From: Azolla caroliniana
Lineage: Eukaryota; Plantae; Polypodiophyta
Direction: 5' to 3'
Assembly (NCBI GenBank): GCA_043228905.1
Contig: JBHGNT010000009.1
Span: forward strand, 18,848,001 to 18,912,000
Length of the DNA stretch: 64,000 nt
Positions within the stretch are counted from its first letter, which is position 1. Every line of letters starts with the position of its first letter. Positions 1-12,118 of this stretch are shown here, piece after piece. The position numbers were made by a program, and so were the translations under genes. The notes below the pieces were generated by a model. It was not told where the DNA came from, made no database searches, and was given only the letters and a program-made list of their open reading frames with translations.

Positions 1-1979
1 CCGGTCCACACTCTCTGTGGCGTGTCTCCATCCAGGGGTACTGAGGGTGATCTATTTATCACATATGTCGCAGTCGACATTGCCTCAGCCCAAAACCCCT
101 TGGGTAATTTCGCATGCGCCAGCATACTCCGGACCCTCTCCATTATGGTCCGGTTCATCCTCTCGGCCAGCCCGTTCAGTTCCGGCGTCTTCGGCACAGT
201 AAACTCGAGCCGGATTCCCTTCGAGCGACAGTACTCCTCGAACTGCCCCCGGTATTCCCCTCCGTTATCCGCTCGTATCGCTTTCAGCTTCTTGCCGGAT
301 TCCCTTTCCACTCTAGCGTGGAGTTCTTTGAAGACGGACAATACTTGGTCCTTTGTCTTCAATGGTGCCGTCCACAGCTTCCGGCTGTGGTCATCAATGA
401 ATGTCACGAAGTACTGGGCTCCGCCATGTGACTTCGTTTCTACTTGACACACGTCAGTGTGCACCAACTCCAATGGTGCGCTACGTCTCGTCGGTGGTCT
501 TGAGCGGAAGGAGGTCCGGTTTTGCTTACCGGCCAGACAGTCGGTACACTTCCCCAGTTGTACATGCTTTACCGGTATCAGGTTGTCTTCGGCAAGCCTC
601 TTCATCCCCTTCTCGCTCATGTGGCACAGTCTCTTGTGCCACAGCTCACCAGCAGTGTCGGCTGCCACGTTCAGCTCCTCCGGACATAGCCGGGAATTCA
701 TCAGGTACAGTGTGTTGACCTTCCGGGCCCGAGCCACTATCAGGCTCCCTTTGTTGAACTTCATGACACCGTTCCGGATACTACCCGTGTAGCCTTCATC
801 GTCTAGCCTCCCGGCCGAAATCAGGTTCAATCGAACCTCCGGAACGTGTCGAACATCCTTTAGCAGCATCTTGCATCCGGTTGATGTCATCAGCCACACG
901 TCTCCTATGCCGGCAATCCGGCATGTACCTTCATTTCCCATCCGGACACAGCCGTGCTCACCGGCTGTGTAGGATGAGAAATATTTCTTCTCCGGGGTCA
1001 GGTGGAACGACGCTCCGGAATCGACCACCCAGGTCATCTCTTCACCGGCAAGGTTCAGCTCCGTCTCTTCGGTAATGAGCATTATCTCTTCTTCACTTGC
1101 CGCGAGTGCCGTCGTTCCTTTCCGGTCCTGCCCTCGCCGATCCGGACCTCTCCGGTCCGTGGATCCCCGGTATGCACCGTTTCTCTCCGGTGACTTCTTC
1201 GAATCGGTGTCGTCGGCTCCGTTGTCCTTTCGGTAATGCCGACAATTCTTCCGGAAGTGCCCCGGCTTCCCACAGTGGAAGCATGTGGGCCTTCCTCTTG
1301 ACTGCGACCGGGTCCCCGACTTCTCCCGTCTTTGCGGACTCCGGTTCCATTGTCTTCCCCGATCCGATTCGGTAAGCAGCATCTTCGGATCGGAAACCGG
1401 TTCTTTATCTCTCCGACGCGCTTCTTCGTTCAAAATGCTTGTCTTTACCGTTTGTAGAGACAAGTTATCTTCGGTGCAGGAGGTGCTGAGAGTCACCACC
1501 AAGTTCTCCCAGCTTTCCGGCAATGTACACATCAGAATGATGGCTTGCATTGCATCCTCCAACGGGAACTTGATCGCCGCAAGCTGGTTCACGAATCCCA
1601 TGAACGTGCTCACGTGTTCCACCATATTCTCGCCGTCCCGGTACTTGAGGTTCACTATCTTCCTCATCAGGGAGGTCCGGTTCAACGCATTCTTCCTCTC
1701 GTAGAGGCCCGACAGCTTCTTCCACATCTCATATGCGTTGGTGTCGTTCGCCACATGTTGTAGAACGCTTACATCGACATATTGCCGGATCGTCGCTACG
1801 GCTTTCTGGTTCAGGAGCTTCCACTCCGACTCTATTACCCCCTTGGGTATCTCGGCATTGTCGATCGGTTCATACAGGTCTCGGACGATGAGAAGGTCTT
1901 CCATCTTTATCTTCCAGTCGGCGTAGTTCTGTGAGTTCAACACCATCATGCCCGAAGGCCCACTACCGCCGCCTTCCAT
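1..1979 (-). CDS. copia gag-pol polyprotein, N-terminal part (gag, CCHC, protease, integrase)
   Basis: ATG at 1979 (MEGGGSGPSGMMVLNSQNYADWKIKMEDLL); zinc knuckle CFHCGKPGH; WVVDSGAS; FVTFIDDHSR; appears open to the window edge. Confidence 0.88.
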   Translation of the reverse strand, partial: MEGGGSGPSGMMVLNSQNYADWKIKMEDLLIVRDLYEPIDNAEIPKGVIESEWKLLNQKAVATIRQYVDVSVLQHVANDTNAYEMWKKLSGLYERKNALNRTSLMRKIVNLKYRDGENMVEHVSTFMGFVNQLAAIKFPLEDAMQAIILMCTLPESWENLVVTLSTSCTEDNLSLQTVKTSILNEEARRRDKEPVSDPKMLLTESDRGRQWNRSPQRREKSGTRSQSRGRPTCFHCGKPGHFRKNCRHYRKDNGADDTDSKKSPERNGAYRGSTDRRGPDRRGQDRKGTTALAASEEEIMLITEETELNLAGEEMTWVVDSGASFHLTPEKKYFSSYTAGEHGCVRMGNEGTCRIAGIGDVWLMTSTGCKMLLKDVRHVPEVRLNLISAGRLDDEGYTGSIRNGVMKFNKGSLIVARARKVNTLYLMNSRLCPEELNVAADTAGELWHKRLCHMSEKGMKRLAEDNLIPVKHVQLGKCTDCLAGKQNRTSFRSRPPTRRSAPLELVHTDVCQVETKSHGGAQYFVTFIDDHSRKLWTAPLKTKDQVLSVFKELHARVERESGKKLKAIRADNGGEYRGQFEEYCRSKGIRLEFTVPKTPELNGLAERMNRTIMERVRSMLAHAKLPKGFWAEAMSTATYVINRSPSVPLDGDTPQRVWT

Positions 1980-1995
1980 TTTCTGTGTTACCGTC

Positions 1996-2007
1996 GCTCT
2001 GATACCA
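1996..2007 (-). promoter_or_regulatory. primer binding site (tRNA-iMet)
   Basis: Reverse complement TGGTATCAGAGC, 2 nt from the LTR. Confidence 0.9.
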
Positions 2008-2009
2008 CT

Positions 2010-2623
2010 TGTTGAACACAGCTCCCGGTCACAACCGAGGAATAGGATCAACTCTCTGGAAACAGGAAATACAAAAAATGCACGAAGAAAACAGAGAGAA
2101 GAGTACACAGGATGTTTTACGTGGAAAACCCTAAATGGGAAAAACCACGGGAGTCCACGAACTCCAACTATCACTATGCGTAGGGAATGTACAATGGCGA
2201 GCTGCAAGGCGACGACCTTGAGCTCGCTGTCCTCGCCACAGGCGGCGGTAATACACAGAGGCAACGACCTCTTCGTCTCTCTCTCTCTCTCACTCTCTCT
2301 CGGCTGCTCTCACTCTCTACCTCTAAGTGAGAAACAAGAAAAATGAGCAACAACATAAATTGTTTGCCCTAAGTCATATTTATACACATATGACTTTCGG
2401 GCTATTTACAAATATAGCCTCAGGGGCCCTTGACAAACATATTCACAGATATGTCCCCGCATCCGGATCTCTCTCCGGGTACATCCGTCATCCGGCTCCG
2501 TAGCTAGGTACTCTTCATCCGGCTTCGTGCGGGGTACTCTTCATCCTCCGGTTCCGTAACCGCAACCGGGCTTGCCGTCATTCATCTCCGGACATCCCAT
2601 CCGGAGGGACCGAAATCCGAACA
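2010..2623 (-). repeat. 5' LTR of Tork-like copia
   Basis: TGTTG..GAACA termini; TATAAATATGACTTAGGGC core shared with LTRs at 45248, 49945, 15226 and 53909. Confidence 0.9.
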
Positions 2624-2948
2624 ATATCTCGTTGCGAAGCTCTACTCGAGGGCTTTCCAATGCTTATCTTTGTGCTCAATTCCGTTACTGATAGAGAGCG
2701 CAACAATAAAAACAAATTCGTTTCTTCTTCCCTTCTCCACTCTTGCGTTTTTTCCTCTCTCTCAGTTCCTAGGGATTGTTTAAGTTCTATTTTTTACTTA
2801 ATTTTATTTTAGTTATGATGACTGGATAAATACTCTTTTGTTGTAAACCAATTGTCTCATGGGCCAAATTTGGCCTTAGAAGACGTTAATATATCTTTCT
2901 TTCTTTCTTTCTCAGTTCCTAGGGAGAGGTTGTTTGATAGACTTAAGA

Positions 2949-3001
<53 letters not shown>

Positions 3002-3264
3002 AAAGCTCTCTGTAAGTTCACTCTCGCCATCGTTTTCTATGTTCTATAGCTCGTTAGAAAGCTCTTTGAGAGAGCTTTCTAAAGAATGTTCATTTAATGA
3101 ATTCCGTTACCGTGGCGAGAAGTTATGGGCATTTTCATCCGCAACCATCTTTGCCCCACGGTTCCTCAAACGGAAGGTAGATTTTGAAGTCCTAAATCGA
3201 GTGAAAGGTACATTCTCTATCCTTCCCTCTTTGTCTCTCTTTTCCCATAGGGTTTGTCCCTACA

Positions 3265-4134
3265 ATGGCAAATACTCGTAAAACCGCCGCAAAGTTCGGG
3301 GGTATGATTGATAATGACCCGAGATCACCAACAAATCTCGATTCTAATGCAATGGACAAAATGCTTATGAGTCACTTGATTTCTCTTCAAGAAACCATAA
3401 ACAAGCAAGGTGAAGAGATTAGGACATTAATGAAAGAGAATCCTAAGCTCCAAAGTGTTGTCATTGAGAATGAAAGTCTTAAACAAGTGGTTGCAAAACT
3501 TCAAGAAGAGATTCAAGAATGTAAAAGAGCTTCTTTTGAAACAAATGAGCACCTTAACAAGATTGAGTTAAAGGAAGCATTAAAAGAAGAAAAATTGGAC
3601 ACGATGAGGTGGGATGTAAGTGAGATGAAAAATGTATGTACAACGAAGTCATGGGCCGATGTATGTGGTGGGGATGTGCTATCAAACTCATCTAATATGC
3701 ATGTGATGCATCAAGAGAAGAATATAAAAAGCATAGATGTCTGAGAATTGAAAGAACGTGAACGACGATCAAAGAACATTGTCGTCCGTGGGATTAAAGA
3801 AGAGACTATGGAAACACCCGCATCCCTTGGAAAGGCCATTGGTGAATTTTTTAGCATGCATTATGGGATGTCAGATGTGAATGTATATGGGGCACACCGA
3901 GTTGGGAAACATGGTGTTACTCGCTCCAGAGAAAGGCCTATTGTATGCACAATGACAGATGATACAAAGCGACGGATCATACTCGAAAATAGTTGGGTAT
4001 ACCTCAAAGGTACACAATGCTTTGTGAGTGAAGATCGTACTATCTCACAACAAAATGCTCGCCGTAAAGCATATGAAGAAAGATTGAAAAACAAGGTTAA
4101 GGATGTGCCTAAAGATGGAAATGTAGGCAAATAG
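3265..4134 (+). pseudogene. LINE ORF1 (coiled coil + RRM-like ERRSKNIVVRGIKE..RPI..FVSEDRT)
   Basis: Two in-frame ORFs separated by a single TGA at 3742-3744. Confidence 0.8.
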
Positions 4135-4140
4135 GGACAC

Positions 4141-6413
4141 GTGATCTATGAGACTAACCCACGCCTTTTACGACTATGCTTTTGGAATTGCAATGGATAC
4201 CCATGGAATGCGGGATTTGGCATAGAGGAGTTCACCGATGACTCGGATATCACACTTCTTGTTGAAACATGGGAGCATGATACTCGAAGGATTCAAGGTT
4301 TAGGAAACTATAATGTACACTCTTTGATATGGAAGAAAAATCCAAGACAAAGAAGAGGACAAGGAGGGGTGGCATGTTTGGTTAAAAAGGAAATAGAGAA
4401 ATATGTGTCAATCATAAAAAATGATGAAAATAAATGCTACATATGGCTCAAAATAGAAACACCTAATGATTTGCCCACTTTTGTAGTTGGATGTTACATT
4501 CCTCATCAAGATTCTAACTTTTATGCTTGTTTGGATAAAGATCAACCGTTTGCCAATCTAGAAGATGATATTGCTTATTTCAAATCCAAAGGGGAAGTTA
4601 TTGTCTTTGGTGACATGAATGCTCGTACAAGAAGTTTCCAACTTGATTCACAAGAATCTTTCATGCCACATATCTCAAGGATGCAAGAGGATATGCAAAT
4701 GTATAACCGCTCTTCTAGCGATGAAAAAGATCCGGACCAATTTGGGAAGTTACTCCTACAAATGTGCAATAGTACCGGATTGCTTATTGCAAATGGTATT
4801 TCCTTATGGCCCAACACTAATGGTTTTACATGTAGAAAACACAACGGAAATAGTGTGATTGACTATGTGCTACTTTCCGAAGGTATTTTGGATCGTATAC
4901 ATAAATTCTCACTTGGTGAATGGACACCGGAATCCGATCATAGGCCTTTATGTATTGATCTCAAATGTATGCATAGGTTTGATTGTGAGAAGGCTATTGA
5001 AGATAATAAACAACCGCACTTGAGCATGAACCTTAAGCAAACACCCATGTATTCCAAGATGGTTGAGGATATGTTACAAATGACAAAGATACAACATGGT
5101 GCCACACTAGAATGCAAATGGGAAGCTTTCAAGAAAGTCATTCTCTCATGTACAAACAAATGTTTTTCGACCAACCGCACATCTTGGAAATGCACCAAGA
5201 AACTTAGGAAAAAATGGTTTGATAAAGAATGTCGTGAAGCTCGAAAGTGCCTTATGGTTTTGGATGTAGTTAAGGATAAAGAGAATTACCAAAAGCAAGA
5301 GAAGAATATGGGAAGTTACTCAACAATTTATCCAAACGCAAGAGAAAGCACATGCATGTGATAATTTTGGGGAAATCTAAAGGGAAAACGTGTTGAGAGT
5401 TATGGTGACTTAACTCTTCACAACTTGTCTATGCATTGTAAGAATTTATATGAGTTATCTCTTGCCGGAAAGATGATGTGTTATGGTTCTCTTTCACATA
5501 TGCCTCCCTTCTTTACAATTGAAGATATATGCATAGGACTTAAGAAATTGGCCTCTCGAAAGGCAAGCGATCTTCAATGTATAAAGGCTGAAATGCTCAA
5601 ATGGATGGGAAAGGAAGCACATATATGGATACGTGATATGTTTAATGATGCATTGAAACATGGTATGCCGTATGATTGGACTACAAATTGGATCAAACCT
5701 TTACATAAAGGTGGAGATATAAATAATGTAAACAACTATTGAACCATCATGGTTGGCTCATTAATGGCAAAACTATTTGGATGTATAATGGAATCGAAGA
5801 TAAGTGTATGGGCTGAAAAATGTGGTAAGAGAGCTTATGGACAAGCTAGCTTTCGGAAACACCATAGCACCATTGATCACCTTATCACCCTTCGAGTATT
5901 AATGGAGGAAAGTCTCCTTAGAGGTAAAGGTTTATATTGTTGCTTTGTAGACTTCAAGAAAGCTTTTGATATGGTACCTCGTGAGCATCTTTGGAGGCGA
6001 ATGGAAGAACTTGAGGTGCCAAGTGAATATATGCTTGCAATTTCCCGAATTTATGAGAAGGTTATATGTTGTGTGCGCATGAGAGATAAACTTTCAAATT
6101 TTTTCAAAAGCACTATTGGTGTTAAACAAGGATGCCCACTCTCACCAACACTATTTGGTCTATGCATTGATGGATTGGAAGAAATGGTTACCAAGTTTGC
6201 AAAGGAAGAATGTTTTGAAGAATTTGCCATTGGGAATGTTGTGATTATGCTTTTGCTATATGTAGATGATGTAGTGCTCTTTGCAAATACTTTAGGAGAT
6301 GCACAAAAGCTTATGAAGGCATTGGAAATTTTTTGCATGCATACTAAATTAAGTGTCAATAGATCTAAAACAAAGATTATGCTTGTGAAGAGCCAAAAAA
6401 GAGATAAACCATG
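4141..6413 (+). pseudogene. LINE ORF2 5' part: apurinic endonuclease + reverse transcriptase
   Basis: FWNCNG, LVETW, GDMNAR, IDYV, SDH; FVDFKKAFD, GVKQGCPLSPTLF, LYVDD; stops and frameshifts present. Confidence 0.92.
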
Positions 6414-6421
6414 TGTTGAGC

Positions 6422-6813
6422 TGTGAAAAGTAGCGTGCGGAAGCAAGTATGAAGACTGAACAGAAGGAAGGAAACATAGGTTTAATGGAGAGCTTGAGCT
6501 TACACGGTATACACGGGAGAGACAGAGAGAGTGAGAGAGAACACAAGAACTATATTCAACAATAATACTCAGTCTGTACATAAGACATGCTCAGTGAACA
6601 CTTTTATACAAGTCCTAGAAGGACTGACCGAAGTACTGACAGTACTTCAATGCTCATCAAGAGCTCCTACACTAACTCCCAAATATATTCCTCACGGAAT
6701 ATCTTTCCTAACGACCTCCCAGTTTACGCACTCGGCCTAACCGATCGGTCCCAACCGATCCGGTCCTCGGCTTCTTCAGCCGATCAGGCCGATGTTGAGC
6801 TTGTCTCTCAACA
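6422..6813 (-). repeat. 3' LTR
   Basis: Direct repeat of 11722-12113. Confidence 0.95.
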
Positions 6814-6855
6814 CTCCCCCTCAAGCTCAACTTGAGGCTCTTTGGGATCCTCGGG

Positions 6856-9800
6856 CTAACAGCTTCGGTTCCTCCTGGCTTCATGCCTCGCTCGCGCTCC
6901 TCGACCTGTTCGACTCCGCGCGCTTCGACCCTTCCGGTCGGCTTGTCTACTCATGCGGCCCTTATAAGCTCTTCTGCTGTTGCGGTGTTGACGCTTCTCC
7001 TGCTGCCTTTTCTTTCGCTTGGGCCTCGGTTGATTCAGCGTATCTGAATCAAACATCCGAACCGACTCGGCTACTTCCGATCGGTTTTCGCTCTCGTCCG
7101 AGTTGGCTGTCTCCAACTCGTCTTCGGTCTTCTCGTCCTCGATTGCGTCATCTCCCCCATGCGTGGTTGGCATCGGCTCTCTCCTTCGGCTGCTCCCCTT
7201 CTGTCCGCTTTCGGACTTTTTTGTGGGTCCGCCCTCGGCTTCTTCAGCCGATCCGAACTCGAACTCGACAACCGAGTCAACCGACTCAGACTCAGTGTCG
7301 CGGTCTCCGTTCCTTTCCTGCTGCCTTGCTTGGTCATTCGGGACTGTTCTCCCCCTCAAGTATGGCACGTCGAGGTGACACAACCCGAGCGCACCTGAGA
7401 ATTGCCGCAACTTGTCCAGACCAAGCGGCTTTGTGAAGATGTCGGCTGTCTGCCGATCCGTCGGAACGTACTGAAGTTCGACTTCACCGAAAAGGACACG
7501 CTCACGGACGAAATGGTAGTGCACCTCAATGTGCTTGGTCCGTGCGTGAAAAACAGGGTTCTTCGCGAGCTGGATGCTGCTGAGGTTGTCACAGTAGATC
7601 GTCGTCGGATCTGACACCTCCACGTGCAGGTCCTTAAGTAGCCGCTTCAACCATATGGCTTCGCATGTCGCGACAGCCGCTCCTCGGTACTCAGCTTCGG
7701 TGCTCGACAGTGCAACTGTCGGTTGCTTCTTACTGCACCACGCGATCGCGGCACTTCCGAGGGAGAACGTGTATCCGGACGTGGATCGGCGATCGGCGGC
7801 GTTGCCAGCCCAATCAGCATCAGTGTAGTTGACTAACTGCACGGTTGCACCGGTCCGATATAGCAGTACACGGTCCTTAGTGCCGTTGACATACCGAAGT
7901 ATGCGTTGCGCACACTGAAGGTGCTCCTCGATAGGTCGCGCCATGAACTGATTGATCACCCTGAGCGGATAACTGAGGTCGGGTCGGGTGATGGTCAAGT
8001 ATATGAGGCTTTCGACAATTTGTCGGAACCTCGTCGGGTCGCATACCTTTCCCGTATCGAGACGAAGCTTGATGGTTCTGTCCAGAGGAGTCGAGACGGA
8101 CTTACAGTCGGCCATCCCGAGTTTGAAGAGCATACCCAACACGTAATGACGTTGGCTGATCAATATGCCTTCGAGGGTATGGATCACTTCGATCCCGAGG
8201 AAGTAATGAAGGTCTCCCAGATCCTTCATGTCGAACGATGCCGCAAGCTAGAGCTTCATGCGGTCGATTTCACCTAGGTCGGCGCCGGTGATGACCAAGT
8301 CATCAACATATAGTAAAATACTAACCGGTCCGAGTCGACCTTTCCGGATGAACAGGGAAGAGTCCGATTTTGACGTGATGAAGCCCATCCGACGCAATTG
8401 TTGCGTGATCTTCGCGTTCCAGGCATGTGGGGCTTGCTTCAGTCCGTAAAGGGACTTCTTTTATCGGCATACTACCGAGGAGTTCGTTCCAGAGTGAAAT
8501 CCGGGGGGTTGTACCATGTACACCTGTTCCTCAAGGTCACCTTGCAGGAACACATTCTTTACATCCATTTGATGTAAGTGCCACCCCTTGGCCGCGGCTA
8601 CTGCGAGCAAAACACGGACGATCGTCATTTTCGCGACCGGCGCAAACGTCTCATCGTAGTCGATGCCGTGTTTCTGCGCGTAGCCCTTTGCCACTAGCCG
8701 AGCCTTGTACCGGTTGACCGAGCCATCGGTGTTGTACTTGACCTTGTACACCCACCTACACCCGATCGGTTTTACCCCTCTTGGTGCGTCAACCAGGTCC
8801 CAGGTCCCGTTCTCCGCCAATGCGTCCATCTCTTCTTCCATCGCGGCACGCCAATTCGCGTCTTTAGCCGCTTCTGCGTAGCTCTCTGGCTCACGCACTT
8901 CCGCTACACGGGTCATGTACGCATAATGATGCGCCATGTACTCGTTGTATCCGAACCGCAAAATAGGATTCTTCTGGCGGGTAGATCGGCGTAATCTCAC
9001 ATTAGCCGATGTTGAGGCCTTCTCGGTCGACGCGGTCTTCACCTTTAAAGACCTGTCACCAGTTCCCTCGGAGTCGGACTCGCTTTGGTCTGACTCGTTC
9101 TTATCCGTGCCGGAATCTGACACCTTCTTCTTCCCTTTCTCTTTGCGCGTAAGCCGTCTCCTTAGCTTCCTGCACGGGGAATGCACGGCCGAGTCTCCAC
9201 TACTCGCCGGCTCTTCATCGGACTGATCGTACCGACTCAGTCGTCCAATCGGTCCACTTAAGTTGGGTGAAATCGGACTCTCTTCGCGGGTCTCGATTTC
9301 GGGTTCATCTCGAGGCATCTCGGCCTTGCTGACCTCATCGTCAGAACACGGATTGGACTCGGGGTTCGGAGTCGGGGGCTGGTACCAGGATGCGGACTCG
9401 TCAACCACAACGTCGCGGCTAACACACGCTTGTTTGGTGCGAGGGTTATAGCACTTATAACCCTTCTGTTCGTCCAAGTAACCGACCAAGATGCATTTCT
9501 CGGCCTTTGCGTCCAACTTCCTCCTTTTCTCCTTCGGTATATGCACATACGCAATGCTACCGAACACCCTCAAGTGTCGTAAGTTCGGCTTCGTTCCGAA
9601 GTATAGCTCGTGCGCCGACACCTTGTCTCCGATCCGGTTCTGGATGTATACCGCAGTCCTTACTGCCTCGGCCCAGTAGAACTTGGGCAAGCTCTTCTCC
9701 TCCAGCATTGCCCGTGCCGCTTCCACAACAGACCGATTCTCCCTCTCGGCCACGCCGTTCTGCTCCGGCGTGTATCTACAACTGAATTCGCGGCGAATTC

Positions 9801-11649
9801 CCATTTGTTGTAGATAACCGTTGAATTGACCGGAAAAGTACTCTTTTCCGCCATCCGACCGCAGGCACTTGATCTTTCGTCCTGTTTCCGTTTCCACGAA
9901 CCCTTCGAGGTCACGGAAACAGTCGAAGATTTCGCTCTTTCTCTCAAGGAGGTAGATCCACGTGTGCCGCGTGTGGTCGTCGATGAAGGAGACGAAATAT
10001 CGGCTCCTGCCAAGACTAACATTTTGTGCCGGCCCCCATACATCGGAGTGTATAAGGTCAAGCTTATTCCGTCTCCGGTTTTGCTCGTTGGGGAAAGGAA
10101 GTCGGTGTTGCTTCCCGAGCTGGCAAGCTTCACAAATTTGTGCCTTTCGGCCACTAAATTTGGGCAATCCGATCACTACCTGTTTCGATTGCAGATCTTG
10201 AAGCCGCTGGTAGTTGACGTGGCCTATCCGCTTGTGCCACAAGTCGATGTTCGACTCGGTTTTTCTTCCCTTCGCGAACATTGCGGTGCCGCCGTAAGTG
10301 GAGTCGAGGATGAACATCCTCCCGTCTCTGTGCCCTTGCGCAATCACACGGCCTTCTTCCTCAATGAAGCACCCGAGGTGTGTAAACTGAACCTCCATCC
10401 CTTGGTCGACGATCTGTCCGACCGAGACCAAGTTTTTTGTGATTGTCGGAACGTGTAGCATGTTCATGAGTTTCCCTTTCTGCCCGACATGGCTAAGGGG
10501 AACTTCTCTGACATTCGCGATCGGATGCGAAGTGTCGTCTTCAGTTGCGACTACTCCAGGTTGTATCGGTTTTTCGAGGTACGAGAACCACTCCTTATGG
10601 CTCGTCATGTGGTTTGACGCGCCAGAGTCTACGTACCACACCTCGTCCGATCTCGGGGTGCTCTGTTTCATTGAGTTTGCTTCGTGTCTCGTCACGAAGG
10701 CAGACCCTTCTCCGGCTCTCCCGGAGTCTTCGGCGTAGTGCGATCGCTGCCGATTTCCCTTGTCGGTATGTCTGGAGCCGTTCCCGGAACCAGTTCTCTC
10801 TGAATCGGCGCGCTTCTTCCAGCACTCACTTTCCCTGTGGCCTTTCTTGCCACAATACCAGCACTCCGCGATGGACTTCCCTTGCCGGTTCTCATCGCTT
10901 CGACTCCCCCTGTTTTCGAAGGATCCGGAGTTGCTGTCAGCATCACTTCGGTGCCTTCTTCCCTGATCTCGTCGGCCGCCTCCATTGCGCGCCGACTCGC
11001 CTCGTCCTCCACGTCCACGGGGCCTATCTCCCTCCGTGTACAACATTCTGTTGTCGGCGTGCGTGCTTGTAGACGCACCCGCGTGGTTCTCCTCTACCAG
11101 GAGCATTGAATGTAAGTAAAAAAAGGACGACGTATTCTCCCGGGTACACACAACCGTTCGGAACGCTCTGAACTTCGACGCCAAACCTCCGAGACAGATC
11201 TGGACCATCTCGCTCTCCTCGATGTTCACCTCTATGGAGGCGAGGGAGTCACAGATATCCTTGATCTTCGAGGTATAGTCCGCCACCGACAAGTCGCGTT
11301 GTCGTAGGTTGCTCAACTCCTGTTGGAGCTGAAGCTTCCTGGCTGTGGTGCTCGTGGCGAAAATCTTCTTCAGATTTTCCCATGCACCCTTCGGCGTCTT
11401 TGCATCCCGAACATAGCTCAATAGTTGTTCGCCCACACACGACGTGAAGCAGTATAATACCCTGCTCACCGATTGCTCCCCCGACGGGAAGCCTCTGTGT
11501 GTCGATTCGGGTGCCACGTCATTAGCTCCTTCGACATAACTCCAGTAGCCGTGCCTGAGCAGGTACTGGTGCATCTTGTAGGACCAAGACGCGTAGTTGG
11601 TTCTGTCGAGCTTCTCTGTTGGAAGTGAGCTCGCCATGCCTCTATCCAT
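6856..11649 (-). pseudogene. copia gag-pol (gag, CCHC, PR, INT, RT, RNase H plus charged C-terminal extension)
   Basis: [58 protein letters not shown]; in-frame stops near 8461 and 8249. Confidence 0.93.
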
Positions 11650-11721
11650 CGTTCTTCTTGTTCTTCTTCGTCAAGCTGTGTCGGCTGCAGAGAGGTTCTT
11701 AACCCTCGCGCTCTGATACCA

Positions 11722-12113
11722 TGTGAAAAGTAGTGTGCGGAAGCAAGTATGAAGACCGAACAGAAGGAAGGAAACACAGGTTTAATGGAGAGCTTGAGAT
11801 TACACGGTATACGCGGGAGAGACAGAGAGAGTGAGAGAGAACACAAGAACTATATTCAACAATAATACTCAGTCTGTACATAAGACGTGCTCAGTGAACA
11901 CTTTTATACAAGTCCTAGAAGGACTGACCGAAATACTGACAGTACTTCAATGCTCATCAAGAGCTCCTACACTAACTCCCAAATATATTCCTCACGGAAT
12001 ATCTTTCCTAACGACCTCCCGGTTTACGCACTCGGCCTAACCGATCGGTCCCAACCGATCCGGTCCTCGGCTTCTTCAGCCGATCAGGCCGATGTTGAGC
12101 TTGTCTCTCAACA
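11722..12113 (-). repeat. 5' LTR
   Basis: Direct repeat of 6422-6813; abuts the tRNA-iMet PBS. Confidence 0.95.
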
Positions 12114-12118
12114 CCATG

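Larger units (their letters stand above)
1..2623 (-). mobile_element. Ty1/copia LTR retrotransposon (Tnt1/Tork-like), 5' part; runs off the window
   Basis: 5' LTR 2010-2623 (TG..CA), tRNA-iMet PBS, and gag-PR-INT closely similar to the intact element at 45248-50550. Confidence 0.93.
6414..12113 (-). mobile_element. full-length Ty1/copia element (Bryco-like), TSD CCATG
   Basis: 392-bp LTRs (6422-6813, 11722-12113) with about 8 mismatches; CCATG at 6409-6413 and 12114-12118; PBS 11710-11721; PPT 6814-6825. Confidence 0.95.

Noticed and set aside
17-1926. Many plus-strand ORFs (also those antisense to 45861-49934 and 54671-58716)
   Set aside because: Shadow ORFs of GC-rich copia pol
3742-3747. 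Programmed stop read-through in LINE ORF1
   Set aside because: A single TGA is most simply a C-to-T change (CGA) in an element with many other lesions
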